Source: Raillietiella orientalis (Eukaryota). From it: a DNA stretch of 64,000 bases. Under the pieces are notes generated by a model, which saw nothing but the letters and a program-made list of their open reading frames with translations, made no database searches and was not told the origin of the DNA. Positions within the stretch are counted from its first letter, which is position 1, and the number at the start of each line of letters is the position of its first letter. A program made the position numbers and the translations under genes. The stretch covers positions 744,001-808,000 of the forward strand of contig JAYWIR010000013.1 of the NCBI GenBank assembly GCA_036172245.1, read 5' to 3'. This document shows positions 25,601-38,650 of this stretch, in pieces.

Positions 25601-28600
25601 GATGCCTGGAAAACTGAGTATCAAAACGCTGAACACTCTGGCTAACACCCACAATAAATACTTTAACGTGGTGTCGTCGCTCGGCAAAAGCGAATGCAAA
25701 ACGATAAACAAAGAATGCGCTAAAAAAAAAAAAAAAAGTTTTTTTTTTTTAGTCTAAAACGAAAAACTGAAATCTGAAAATATATCAAGGAAGGCACTAT
25801 TCTCCATGCTAGAATGACACCTGAAAATAATGGAAATTCCACAGAGTGCACTAAAGCCCTATGGCGAGAGGCTTCTTCAAGACTGGATCACGGGGATGTG
25901 GCAACAGAAAAATCATCTGATGTACAAAAATCCACACTGTATCACAGCACTTCAAGAACTCCCGCTTCATCAAGAGATCTTTGCTGATGATGGAGATTAC
26001 CTAATGATGGAGATACCCTAATGAATCGTGATAATGAAAAACTCGTGCTGTTTTCTAGCATTTGTGGCAATACAAAAAATGCATGCATGCATTGCTCTAT
26101 GGAACTGTTTGAGGGGCATCTGGGAAATCATGAAATGTGATTACATGGCTAAATCATGAATTTCATGACATTCTTCACTTTCATTTGAGAATTTATAACT
26201 GTCTCGGGCAATCGCTTATATTTCCCTTTCTGGAAAAACATCCACAAAGAACATATACAATTTTATATTTTCCTCTGGATCATCTTTATTACCACATAAC
26301 ATTTGCCCAACACCAACGGAATCCTAAAGTATCACTTCTAATGAACAGTTCCGAAAGTAGTCCCTCAGTTGTATCTTGTCATGTGGTTGTAAAACATTAT
26401 GAAATCAAACCGCGGGACACACATAACAACCTATAGAATAAAATGAAACTATAAATTACCTAGAATACAAAGAATTTGGTAGTCTGATGAAAGTACATGA
26501 GAAATATGCAAAAAAAAAAAAAAAAAATCAGATGTATTCAATGGAAAAATGCCTATGCATAAAAATCCGGAACACAATATCAGGCAAAAAAGATGTTTGG
26601 AGCCTCAAATCTCAGAGAATTCATACAACTGGTAATTTCGATAAATCCGAGTAGTTCATGCAAAACTGAATTTTATATTTGCAAAATCCAACCATAGACG
26701 CCACATAACACTGTAAAACATTACTTTCGAACACATTATTCAGAAATGAAACTGATAAGGTGGAAGTAAGTGTGTAATGACTACAAACGAAATGATGGGT
26801 GAACTTGTAATGCATATGGTATGTATCAAAGAAAAAATAAAAAAAATTACGCAATATCATTAAACGAGAACCAACATTTAGAAATACCACCAAAAAAGTT
26901 CAGAGAGACAAAAACAAAAGCCGTAAATCATTTCCTGGATGACAAAGTCTCCTTAAAGTGACAAAGATTCACAGATTCAAAGATTTACATATATAAAAAA
27001 AAAGAAGCTAATAAACAATTGCATGTACTTCAAAGTAAATAAGCCATGGATAATGAGCATGCAGGTAATAAATATGAATTTCTAACAAATATGAATTCGA
27101 AAATGAATAAAAACATGCAATAGTTGGTAAGTCCTAATGATAGCAATGTAGGCATCGAAAAAATTCCTTTTTGTACGAATAACCTTAATACTCAAAAACC
27201 AAGCCTTACACTTCCACAAGAACAAGGTCAGAAGCTGCTTCTACACATGATACTAATTAGATCATAAAATACATTTATTGGCAAAATCCTAATACCTTCA
27301 CAGTATTCACCTTTACATAGAAAAGGGCAAAAATCAATGAAGACGATATTATATATATAAATCAAATTTCAATTTTGCAAGCAAGATAACTACTGTAAAT
27401 TAAAACCATTGCAGACAAATGCAATTTCTCTTCACCTCATCCAAATCTTGTACGAGATTTCTTGCCCATGCATACTAGTTTCAATAATATGTTTATCACG
27501 TAATTTATTGCATTTCACTACTAAAAGCAAAAATTTCGCTAATTCATCTCCTCAACAAGAGAGAAACCATGAAGTTCATGAGATTCGGATTACAATCACA
27601 GCACTAATTAACAAAGAACTAGAAAGAAATCCATAAAAACACAAGAAAGCAGCAATGCTGCTCTGTACACATGCACAAACAGTATGATAATTATGTGCTT
27701 TATTTTGCAGGATTACTTGAAATCTGTAGCAGAAAACTCATGAACTGATGGCTACACTGTTAACATGAAAATATATGCCAATTGAACACAATGTGTCAAA
27801 GAGTTTCAAAGTAGGTTAGGGAAGTTAGAGGTTCTAAGTATACTTAAATACCATCTGATTCAGCTGCCAAAATCAGCATGAAATACCTAATCTATCAAGA
27901 TAATCAATAAACATAAACAAACTCTCAAGAGAAATTAAAACATGAAACAATCAAAATGTCTAAACAAGTCACATCTAATATGTTTGAATATATTCTATCA
28001 AAACAAAGAAAAATGAACAATTATGTATTCAACAAATTCGCGCATCTTGATCTGGTGTGTTTATTGAAAGCCTCTACATAGGAAAACACAAAAATATTCC
28101 CAATCTCCAATCTTGGAATGCAAGCATACATAAAAAAGTTTCAGAGTCCGTACTCCAGAGAAGCAAAACTTCAGAAACAAGCATGTTGAAATGGTACAAA
28201 ATGAAATTTTCGATGAAGCTATGCATTTCAAGTTAATAATCATTGGTTTTTGGTGCTCATAAAAATGCATCAAGCTGCAAACATATCTCATAAACTACAT
28301 CAGTTTTTATGAACATTTTCTAGAAATGTAAGAACATTTCTAGAAAGTGCTTGGTAAGGAAAGAAACACTACTTGAATGACGGACATTCATCTTTCCAAT
28401 GACAATTGATACATTTGGTCTTACATCACAATGGCATGCAGATTCCATTTATCAAAATTGGAGTATCCAATGATTCAATGATTAAAACATTACAAACAAA
28501 CTTATTTTAAACGTGATTACACTCAACATGAAGAATGGTGTTTTGTTTCACAAAATCCTATTATAAATCTGTAAAACAAAACAAAAAAAATTCATACAAA

Positions 28601-31600
28601 ACAGGTTGAAACAGGTTGACGCATTCAAACACCATTTGAAACAAGAACCAATGGAACACACATTGCTAAATTTCGTCAGTTCTACACCATTTATTAAAGA
28701 TAACCATGCATTAATTTTCACTTGTGATTTACAATGTCGAAATTTCACATCTATGATATGTAACAATAAGGTACTTTCACAAGCTGCTTTCAGTTCTCTG
28801 AATCTTTCAATACGAATTTCATTAAAAAAAAATTATTTGCTTACCTGGTTTTAATGATATAAATTATTAGTGATCTACCATTGCTATCCAAACTAGATGC
28901 CAAAGGGTGAATCAAAACTGCTTAACAGCTATCGAGAAATTTTTATTACATTCTCTGAAATTCCGGAAATATGCACAAATCACATTTCTCTTAGTACTAT
29001 GCAATTAAAGTCTGCATTTAAAAATCTACAGGAATCAATGGTTACTCACAAACATCTATATTCAGCTTAGAGTTTTCAAGAAATAGAAATTCTGTATATA
29101 AACTCCAATATCATTTCGAATTATATTATTTATTGTATCCTGAGTTCTCAAAAATAGTCTTATGTTTTTCCTGTTCAATCTCATTTGGTCCATATTCTCT
29201 TACAGGATGCGGGCATAATCACTGTATCCTTGATAACATGAACAATAATAAAGGAAAACTCGTCAAATCCATAACACCTACAATAACAGAAAGATCTTAT
29301 CGTGCCGCGAATATACGTAAGTACCCAGTAAACTACATAAATTGAAAGCATACTGAGTTAATGATAGGTGCCTTATCTATTGAATGTAGCATATCCAAGG
29401 AATACTACATGGCGTTCAAGAAGAATAGTAAGTTTTCTTGATCACAATTAATGGTGAATTTGAATTTCAAAAAACATACGCGAACACAAGAAAATCGATT
29501 ATTCATAGAACATCTTTTTAAGTACATTCCTACTATGGGAAACGATTCATTTTTTTCAAAATTCAGTGAACATTTCTTCAAGTCTGGACTACTGGCACGT
29601 GCAAACACCAAGCAAATATCACAAACACAACATATACCAACCTCACAAACCACCAACACCTCTTCCCAAGCATGTAATTGAAATTCACACAGGATTACCA
29701 AGCATTTACTAAGAGAGAAGGCTACACACACACACACACATATATATAGGGAATACATAAGGAAATAACAATGAACATTGCAGTGCACTATATTTCATAT
29801 CAATAAACTTTTGCTTTTTAGAGCAGGTAGATTGTATATTTTCTAAGCTTCATAGAAATAGTATGTCTACAAAGCATAGAAACACTCGATTAGATAACAG
29901 TATCCCATACAGTCTGATGCGATGTACAAAATTGTTTTTGAATTAGGAGAATTGTTAGGATACTAGTGTACCCATTGTATGCATTATAAAAATATAATAC
30001 ATGGGCTGGTTAAGGTATGCAGAAAACTAAGTTTTAAAAATTCTACAGCAATCAAACAGTGACTCTTTGGTCCATGTTATATGCAGTCTTTTCTATATGT
30101 AATATATAAAGACTCTAGATATTGTTATCAGTTTCTAGGAAGAAGTGAAGTTTAAAAAACAAAGACAAGAACAAAAACACAAGATTCTCCATCCAGAACA
30201 ATATGGATTATTGAATAAACTGAAATAGGTTTCGCCCCCCTTTTTTTCATTTATTTCTCTTCAAAACCTTGAACAGGATTGATCTCATTCCTATACCAGA
30301 GATCAAGGTCAATAGAGTGGTAAAATTTTCATTTCAATTTGCCATCTATGTGTTTTCTTTCATAAGAAATCCTTATATTCTGATGGATTTGATTTCCAAA
30401 AATTTATTATATAGTGCTCTATAAAATCCTTTTGATAGAAAAGTTTTTAACAGTAAGTCGTTTGCTCATCAAATATTCATGAAAATATGAATTTGGAAAT
30501 GAAATTTGGAAAACTGATTCGTGGTGAATAAATTATGCAAGCATGTTGCCTTGGTTTTAGTTATCTATTTTAGCTGTGTCCGAGAGTTTTTTCTGAGTTT
30601 GCTCCTTGAATGGCAATATTGGCCATATTGTGTGATTTGATCAGCTGAGTCTAAGATTATACAGCAGATGTTCAGTAGCTACTAAGAGTTTTTTTTTGTA
30701 ATATTTTGAAGAAATCACATTCACATTCCACTTGTAATATCTTGGACTTCAAATCATACACTCAGTTTGTTGAAAATAGGGCATCACAGATACAATTTTA
30801 TCCTTTCTGATGAATAATAAGTTTTGATTTTCTACCATTCCTCGACCAAAATAGTTTATTTGATTAAGAACATGAACTTTTTTACAATAGAAGCAATACC
30901 TTTGGGGACTCGAGCGTTCCTTATTTATCGTTTCAAATGAAATTCTTAATGAATAAAAACGCAGTCGTCTCATCTTTGCATTGCGTAAATCTCTTGTACT
31001 TACTTCTGTTAAAAAAATTAATGCTATTTCAAAAACTATGCAACAATCGCAGTGACTAAATAAATAAAAATCAGTATTGTAATTTGTGCCTTTATAGCTT
31101 TTCTAACAGCTTAGCAGCAAAGTTTTTGTTTATTGGGAATCGGATTGTGGTCAAGGAAAGTCTAAGATTTTGTCCAGACCGTACGGAGGATACTTATACG
31201 TACCGTCTCTTACTTCCCCTGAGTGCACGGAAAATTGCAATTAGACAATTCCAATTGCAGTCTTTTTTTTTATTTTAAAACAATCCACTTTTGTACAAAA
31301 TGTTTTCTCCAGTGCGTTCTTAAACAGAGAGCGCTCAGTTGGAAAAGTCCGTTTCGTCACCTACTTTTCCAAGCATGGTTTTAAACTATTCCAGGCCAGT
31401 TTACATTCAAGTAAAGGATTAAATCAGCTTGCATCAAAGAAGCTGCTGTGTTCAAGAGAAGCTGCACGTACTTTGAACGTTAGGATGCAACAACTGCATG
31501 AATTATATAAACGTGCCACGGAAAGCATTGTCTGCTGAACATAGAATACGATTGGCTTGTTTGGTATTTTGAAGGCATGAACCACACGAGCTTAAGAAAT

Positions 31601-32220
31601 GTCTGCAATTAAAATCATCCAGCGGCTGCTGAAAATGTGATAACATAATAATCTAATCGGCTACTGATGTGCACGTAAATTAAGTTGAGATCATGTCATT
31701 TTGAGTACCTGCTTGATAGAATTTGTCATTACATCTTGAAATTCGAGAGTTTATAGTTTAGCAAGAACGAGGAATACATGTGGACATCTCATGCCAAGAA
31801 CTTCATTCTGCAATTAAAGGAACCATAAATTGAATGAAATTTGTTGGGTAATAAATTGAGAATCAGATCTACTTGTGATTTCATTTCTGCTGGTTCTTCT
31901 ATTTCGTACAGGAGATATCCAAACTAATGAAATGATGTAAGAATTCTTTTTTCATGTATACCATCAATTCTGTTACCTTGAAGCATCTTTAACGACACCT
32001 TTTTTTTTTCTTTGGAAATGGTCTTCAAACATCCCTAGAAGACTAGTACTGATTCACTCACTGAAGATGACGTTTCAGTATATTGAGAGTTGTGAATTGC
32101 AATATATTTTTGTTCTTGAAATGCAAGTTATTGACTTGCAACACGGGCAATCCCATTAAAAAGATTAACTAGGGAAATTCACAATCAAATGCCGGAAATG
32201 AATTTGATATTCCTTTTATT

Positions 32221-32530
32221 AACCGAGAATTAAGCCGGCGGCCTCCGATGAAGGCCGGAACAATGGGAGTCGACCTTCGGGTCCTCTCAGAAATAGAGTG
32301 GGGAGTTCCCCTCCCTGTCGTGCAACAGAGAGCGGATCCGCCTCACTGGGAGACCCCTCCGGTTTCAAGATGGAGCAGGAGCCCTCATGGGCGCCTCTCC
32401 AGTTGTTCAAAGGAGCGGACCCCCCCTATTGCGGGGGGACTCTCCGAGTTGTCGCCTCTTCACAGAGTGCAAGGAAGCGTGTGCTTCGAGGCTTCCACAA
32501 GTTTCTGTTGAGTTGATCAGACAGAAATTT
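32221..32530. ncRNA. Solo ~300-nt GC-rich multibranched structured island (unidentified ncRNA or SINE-like insertion)
   Basis: Sharp GC island in AT-rich DNA. 12-bp helix 32300-32311/32433-32444, GGATCCGC/GCGGACCC, GACC-TTCG-GGTC, GCCC-TCAT-GGGC, CTCT-TCAC-AGAG, GGAAGC..GCTTCC, TTTCTGT..ACAGAAA. Flanked by TTTATTAA and TTTATTTAA. Confidence 0.45.
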
Positions 32531-33916
32531 ATTTAAAAAATTTCGAGCAACTGTAAAAAAAACACACACACACACACAAGCCGAAATGCAGGGTGTGCAT
32601 GCGGAAGTGGTGAGCTTTTCGAACACCGTAATCTTAACTAGAAGGTCAACACACATCTGGTCATCACAAGATGCTCTCTATTTCCAGCATTAAGCACGAT
32701 GATTCGCAAGGAGCTAGGAGAGACAACTGACAGCCAGGAGCAACCTGGTTCGGAGGGGTTTCGTTGCCAGTCAGTTTCAATCACCAATTGGCAGGGTAGA
32801 GAGTCAGAAAATGGGGCTCCATCAGTTGACTGGTGAGTGAAGAACACATGAATGTGTGGCATCAAAGTCTTTTTCAAACTATCGCTTATGATAACTTTCT
32901 GGGAAAAGTGATAGCAGATATGGAAACCGAGGCGTAGGGATGATTGAAAACTTGCAGGTAACCTCACAATATTAATTCCTTCGTTGCTACAGCTAAAGGA
33001 AACTGCATAGTCACACAAATTTGACCGGGGGAGAATCCTATACGGCGAGCATGCACAAAAATAAGAGTTTTGTTAAGTTTAGAAACTTTTTTGGGGGGGA
33101 ATTTTAAAATGGGATTTCGCAATTGAAATGCGAACAGTTGATTCTGAACTCATCATGGGTGATTCACCTTCACAATGTTCCTGTCTCGTTACAAAGCAGT
33201 TTTTAGCCAAAGACTGCATATCAATCTCAGCCTAACCTCTCAGCTTGTGAAATTAGGTTTTCCCTCTTCATCCAGCAAAAAGTACTATGAAAAGATTTCA
33301 CAATATCAAAACCACAATTCAAAATACATTTTTCGCGAGTTCACATTGCTCAACAGATATCCTTCTAACAGTACAATAATCATGCAAATTATAGCACGAT
33401 ACAGAAGCATTAATATACTGCAAAGATTGGGATGTAACTCCTGCAAATCAAATATTCTTCATTCTTCAGCTTCAGTTGCCTTATTTTATAAATAGATCAT
33501 GGGCTAATTAGATTATAATAATACAAGCAGTCAGATATGCTACAGAAATAACTGCATTGAAAAATCCCAAGAATTCATAATTGGATATATAAAAATTATT
33601 TGAATATTTGCCAGTATACAAGTATTCTATTAATGGATTGTACTGATTAGTAATAAATTACAAATATGATGCTGACTTTCCGGATCAGATACAGTTTATT
33701 GCAAAGTCTTGAATTCTACTACAATCTTTCATTGATCCACTTTTTACCATTATCACTCTCATGGAAAACAAAGCACATCATGTACTCACTTAGTGGTTCT
33801 TTGTTGGTCCATCACTTTATAATCAAGTACATAGTAGTTCTGCCATGTGAAGGGAAACCTATAATGTATGCTTCTAGAAAAAAGCTATGGATCAGCCAAG
33901 GACACCACCTAACCTA

Positions 33917-33956
33917 AGACTGTTAATATAAGGCCTATGCCTTATATTAACAGTCT
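33917..33956. repeat. Perfect 18-bp inverted repeat with 4-nt loop
   Basis: AGACTGTTAATATAAGGC-CTAT-GCCTTATATTAACAGTCT. Confidence 0.95.
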
Positions 33957-34961
33957 GAGAAGAGAGTTTCTGATATTCTTCAATTAGAATTTCCTTCTTC
34001 ATTTAAAATCTTTCCTGCTAACTAGATTAGGAAAGCAGCAAACTTCCATCTTCAAAATGATGCATTCAGATATGTAAGGCCATAACTCACATTTACAAAT
34101 TTCATGTGAACTATGTAATTATCATAAATCTTAAATTCATAATAATTACATCAATCTAGTATGGATACAAAATTACTTGATACAACAAATACATCAATCT
34201 TGTCTTAGAATTTTGTTTGTATCCATTTACTGAAATTGGATTCTGCTAAGAATATTTTAACATCAACAAAATGGTAATTAGATTACATATTCCCCAAAAT
34301 ATAAGTTCTAATAATTACTAAATGTCTAATTACTTATGTGCTGAATTCTAATTACAATTTAAGGCAGAAAGGCCCTACATTGTCATCTGCATAGCACAAA
34401 TTTGTTGTAGCTGTATATTTTTACAAGTGTTTTAGAAAGCTGCAATCTAGATGGTTCAATTTCAAATAAAATTACTTTATTTAACTAATAGGGTTTTAAA
34501 ATCACACCTTCAATTTTCTTAATGATTACTTGTAACTATATGATTATTAATCACTGTGTATTGAGTACAAGGTACATGCATCATGTGGTAATTCTGAAAC
34601 AATGAAAAACAAGTACATGAACCTAAGATCATATCAATTTTCAGTCAGAAAAATATGATTTATTGTAAGATTCTTCAAGCACAGCACAAGTCTAGTTCTT
34701 AAACTGTCAAGTCATGAGAGCTGATATGTGATATGCATCACCAAGGCATATTTGAAGTGCCTGTTACAAAAACTGCATTTGGGTTTAGCTTCAGTAATAT
34801 ATCACATGGAATTGAAAAATGTAATTCTCATTATAAAAAGTTGAGTACTTCACTTGATTTTAAAGCACAGTCCAATGAAATATTCTGGCAGATTATATCT
34901 AGTTGCTAAATAAATAATAATAAAAGACTAAATAAAAATGAATCCAAATTGTTCACAATTT

Positions 34962-37453
34962 TCAGGCACAAAATTTCACTTCTGAATAAGTACTAAACAA
35001 GGATAATGCAGCAGATGAACCTTCAGGTAACACAATTAAAGTTGGAGTTCCATCCATGATGACATAACTATAGGAAAAATAGCTAAACATTAATTATTCT
35101 GTAAGCTTACTCTGGTGATGAGACAAGTTGTGCCAATGTACTCATGGGATTGACCTGCAGAAGCATCTGCCTATCTCTTGATTCATAGAATAACTGCAAT
35201 CTTTCTGGCTTGTAAATGCCTTCCTCATCCCAATGTGGCTGCTCCTTAAAGACCAGTTCAAGAATGTGAACTAATCTATAAATACTTTGTTTTAAAAAAC
35301 AAATTAAAAAGTAGTCTTGACCTGTCATGTTCAGAGACTTCCTGAATAAAATCTGAAAGTTCAAATTGCGGATAAAGCAAAAGAAGGGGCCATATTAACT
35401 CGTTGTTTTCACTCAAGTAAACTTTGCAGTTGGGTGGTGCAAGTGGATGTGATGGCTTTAAAAAGTCTAGCTCTTCCGTATTTTCAAAATCTTTGAGAAA
35501 TGTCAACTTTCTGCTTTTCAGTTCTGAGAATAATCTCTGATTATCCACAAATGAGCTATTCATTTCCTTTGTATCAAGTTGGTTTTCCTGTTTCGAAATC
35601 TACAAAATATTGATGCAAATGGTCCAATAAGGTTCATATCTACTTTATTCATTTGATTTTTGAATAACAAAGCCTGCTGATGTTTAGGATCCAAAGTTAA
35701 AATTTTATTGCACCATTCCAATCCTTCTTCCAAACGCTCTAAATATTTGCAACATTGCAGACCTCTTACCAAACACTTAAGATAATCAGGCTCAAGATCA
35801 CATGCTTTTTTGCAATCATTTAAAGCAGAGCTGAATATAAAATCACCATTAAAAAAAGCACCCTGTTACTCATTGCATAATATCATAGCAACTCTACTTC
35901 CACCCAGTAAATACAATTCAAAATCATAATTGAAAATTGCCTACCGATAATTTTTCATAATAAAATGCACTGCTGATCTGTTGTTATACAATTTAGCATG
36001 CAATGATTTATCTGAAATGTTTTGTGCGATGCCTTCTGTATAACACAATAATGCATCATCATACTTTTTGTAAGTGAAATAGTTGTTTCCTTCCTTTTTA
36101 TATGTGAGCGACAATTCTAAAAAAAAAATGAAAATTCTACATTCTGATCATCTAATTAATCCAAGATCTTTGAATGCATCATTTATAGACTGGGAATTCA
36201 AGGACATAAAAGTAAATCATCAGGAAAATTAAAATTCATTTTAGTCCATTTCTTCCCAAATACTCTGCACAGTATGTCAACAACCACAATAGAATACCAC
36301 AATAAAATCATGAACAAAATCAAATATATACATTCTCAGACATTGTCAATTCACAATAGCACTAATCATAAAACATTTGTATCAGGAAACAGATGTATGC
36401 AGCACTAAGTGTTCATAATGAGACATTAACATTTTGTACCATGTTTATTATTAGAAAAAATCCTGCAGAGAATAAGCATTCCACCATAATATAAAAAGAA
36501 ACTCTAATAATTATTCCTTGAATCTTTCATGCATGTGGATTATGCATTCTAGGGATTTAATTTTTTTTGCAATGCCTGTATTGAAAAGAAAAATTAATTA
36601 ATCAGACCACCTGAAATTTGATTTCAACTTGGACCAACTTTAGAATGATCTAAGGTAATCACGGTCTTTATTAATAAATTGAATGCTTATCCATATTTCC
36701 ATTTAATATCACGAATGTCTAATTCATAACTTAAATCAGAGAACTTTTTTTTCCGGTTTTTAAGGATTCACACCTCCAAGTGATTATAAAAAGATCAATT
36801 CGAATTTATACAATATTTTTAAAAGCATTGTTTAAAATATTTCCACATTGCAAGTACTAGGGCAAAGAGAATGCTGACTGTACCTTCTGCTGTATTATCA
36901 TCACTACTAAATTTTATTTGCTGCAATGCTTCAAATAGAGGAGGTAATTCTTCTCCATCAGCAAATGGTGCTGACCTAAATGTTGGATGAGAAAGAAGTT
37001 CCTGCAACATAACTTTCTCAACAATAGTCACTTTTTATTTGAATATTAATCTAAGGAAACTTATTGTATCAAATATTTAATTTTTCTTCAAAACTATGCA
37101 GTATTCACTTGAAAGCAAATTGTTCCAATGATTTAGCTGACTTAATCATGCAGTTATTTTGAATTACAGAGTGCAATCTGTAATTCAAAATAACAAGTTC
37201 CACAAGAAATCACTGCGTTCATTATCGTGCTCGCATAGCAGGTCCTAAATGTGATTGAAATCTAAAGAACGGTTAATTCTGACTTTAGAATAAGAACACT
37301 GCTAGAAAGGCATAAGTTTGGAATGAATCATGCTCGCACAACACTGTCACAACAACTTACGTTTGCTATATCTGAAAATTGTCTTCCGCTTTCTTTCGTT
37401 GGAGAATTTTCTGATTTGTGGGCAGGCCCCTTTTCAAAGTCCTCGACGGGCAT
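34962..37453 (-). CDS. TTC4: Tetratricopeptide repeat protein 4 (TTC4/Cns1/Dpit47-like Hsp70/Hsp90 co-chaperone), about 372 aa
   Basis: Exons 37453-37361, 37001-36884, 36116-35945, 35830-35644, 35599-35322, 35275-35111, 35067-34962 sum to 1119 nt, all phases consistent. Motifs: ELLSHPTF..LPPLFEALQQIK, TPR YKKEGNNYF..KKY..A..Y.EG, LYNNRSA, SALNDC, and C-terminal LIWPLLLLYPQ..SDFI and WDEEGIYKP. Confidence 0.9.
37153..37194. repeat. Perfect 18-bp inverted repeat in the first coding-region intron of TTC4
   Basis: GTTATTTTGAATTACAGA-GTGCAA-TCTGTAATTCAAAATAAC. Confidence 0.95.
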
Positions 37454-38029
37454 GTTGGCGGTATCTATCACCTGCTACATCTACAGGGGGGAGAATCCGT
37501 CGGGAAACAAAAGTCCCTATTGCCCAGTGTTCCCACATGCCTATAGGTATTCTTTCGGCTACGAGGCAACTGTAAGTGGGTTGGGATAGATTTCCATTAT
37601 TCCTGCCGAAAATTAAACGTTTTTCACTCCAATACATGCACACAGGACAAGTTCCGGTGTAATAATGACAAAAGAGACTTATGAAAAGTTTGCTGAAACA
37701 GTCCCGGTCTTGGTGTGGACGATAAGAAAATCTGCACATGCTTACCTAAGCTTACTATTGTAACATAGTGCACCATATTGCATTAGAGATAAGGTGATAA
37801 TAGAGATCATTTTGGTCCAGTCCTCTTGCCGGAAACGGAATAATACGAAAGGAATCTCGATTTTCCAATGACATTGCGTTTATCCTCTCTTAATGAAATA
37901 CTGTCCATAATGAGATCTGGAAACTATAAAAAAATAAACCACTCGATATTTCAAATCACAGAAAAAAGAGGAATTTCTCGCAGTCACACTGAAAAAATAA
38001 CTTTTAACCTCATTTCTTTCTTTTAAGTC

Positions 38030-38650
38030 TGAAGTGACTAAATGACAGAAAGGCCTCCGGTCAGTGGCTACGCAAACCTCCACTCGGGCTTTAGAGGACT
38101 CAGGTAAGTTCACCAACCTGACGAGTGACATACGGACAAACCTGGAAGAGGGAAAGGGGAAGAGTAGTGCAGGGAGATGACTAGAAGAGGAAGCGGAAGT
38201 GGGAGATTCTCGGGGTAGGCGGTCCTCCTTGCAGTACTCTCACGATTCTCATGAAGTTGCGACGTGTGTGTTTGATTCCAAGCTGGGTCAGCGTGCCATG
38301 CATCCTTCTCTGGTAACCTGCAGCTGGAGGCGCTCGCTACGACCACGTCATGACACTGCCCGCCGATGGACCATGGCAGTCGGATGCCAATCAAGATCAG
38401 TGTTTTGGAGACGGTGAACTCATCCGATGTGAATATCTTCCTCATGAGGTACGCCAGTTCATCTGAGTATATGTGTAGCTACTTTCCCTTGCTTTGCATA
38501 AGGATGTGCAGTGCAGTGGCATGTACAGGATGGATTGTTCCAGAACGCACCTGTTGCAGCGTGGATCCGCCTTTCTGTCTCGTATGCGACTACGTCGCTG
38601 GTGGCGCGGAAATGCAAAGTGCTCAGTTAGAATGGTATACTGCCACTTCA
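38030..38650 (-). mobile_element. 5'-truncated 3' end of a second L1/Tx1-like element (remnant B), in tandem downstream of remnant A
   Basis: PRCNRCVLEQSILYMPLHC (degenerate CCHC finger of the ORF2 C-terminus), then a C/T-rich UTR and hairpin TCAGGT-TGGTGAACTT-ACCTGA. Shares TTGTCCG and GGTGAACT words with the UTR of remnant A. Confidence 0.5.

Noticed and set aside
32240..32262. CCGATGAAGGCCGGAAC as a hammerhead core
   Set aside because: CUGANGA and GAAA are both mismatched and no stems I/III were found.
32355..32385. CTCCGGTTTCAAGATGGAGCAGGAG resembles SRP RNA helix 8, and the island is SRP-sized
   Set aside because: No GNRA loop in the helix, no UGUNR Alu motif near the 5' end, and the branching pattern does not fit; not called SRP without cmscan.
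33027..33038. GGGGGAGAATCC shared with 37487-37498
   Set aside because: Exact 12-mer matches are expected by chance in 64 kb.
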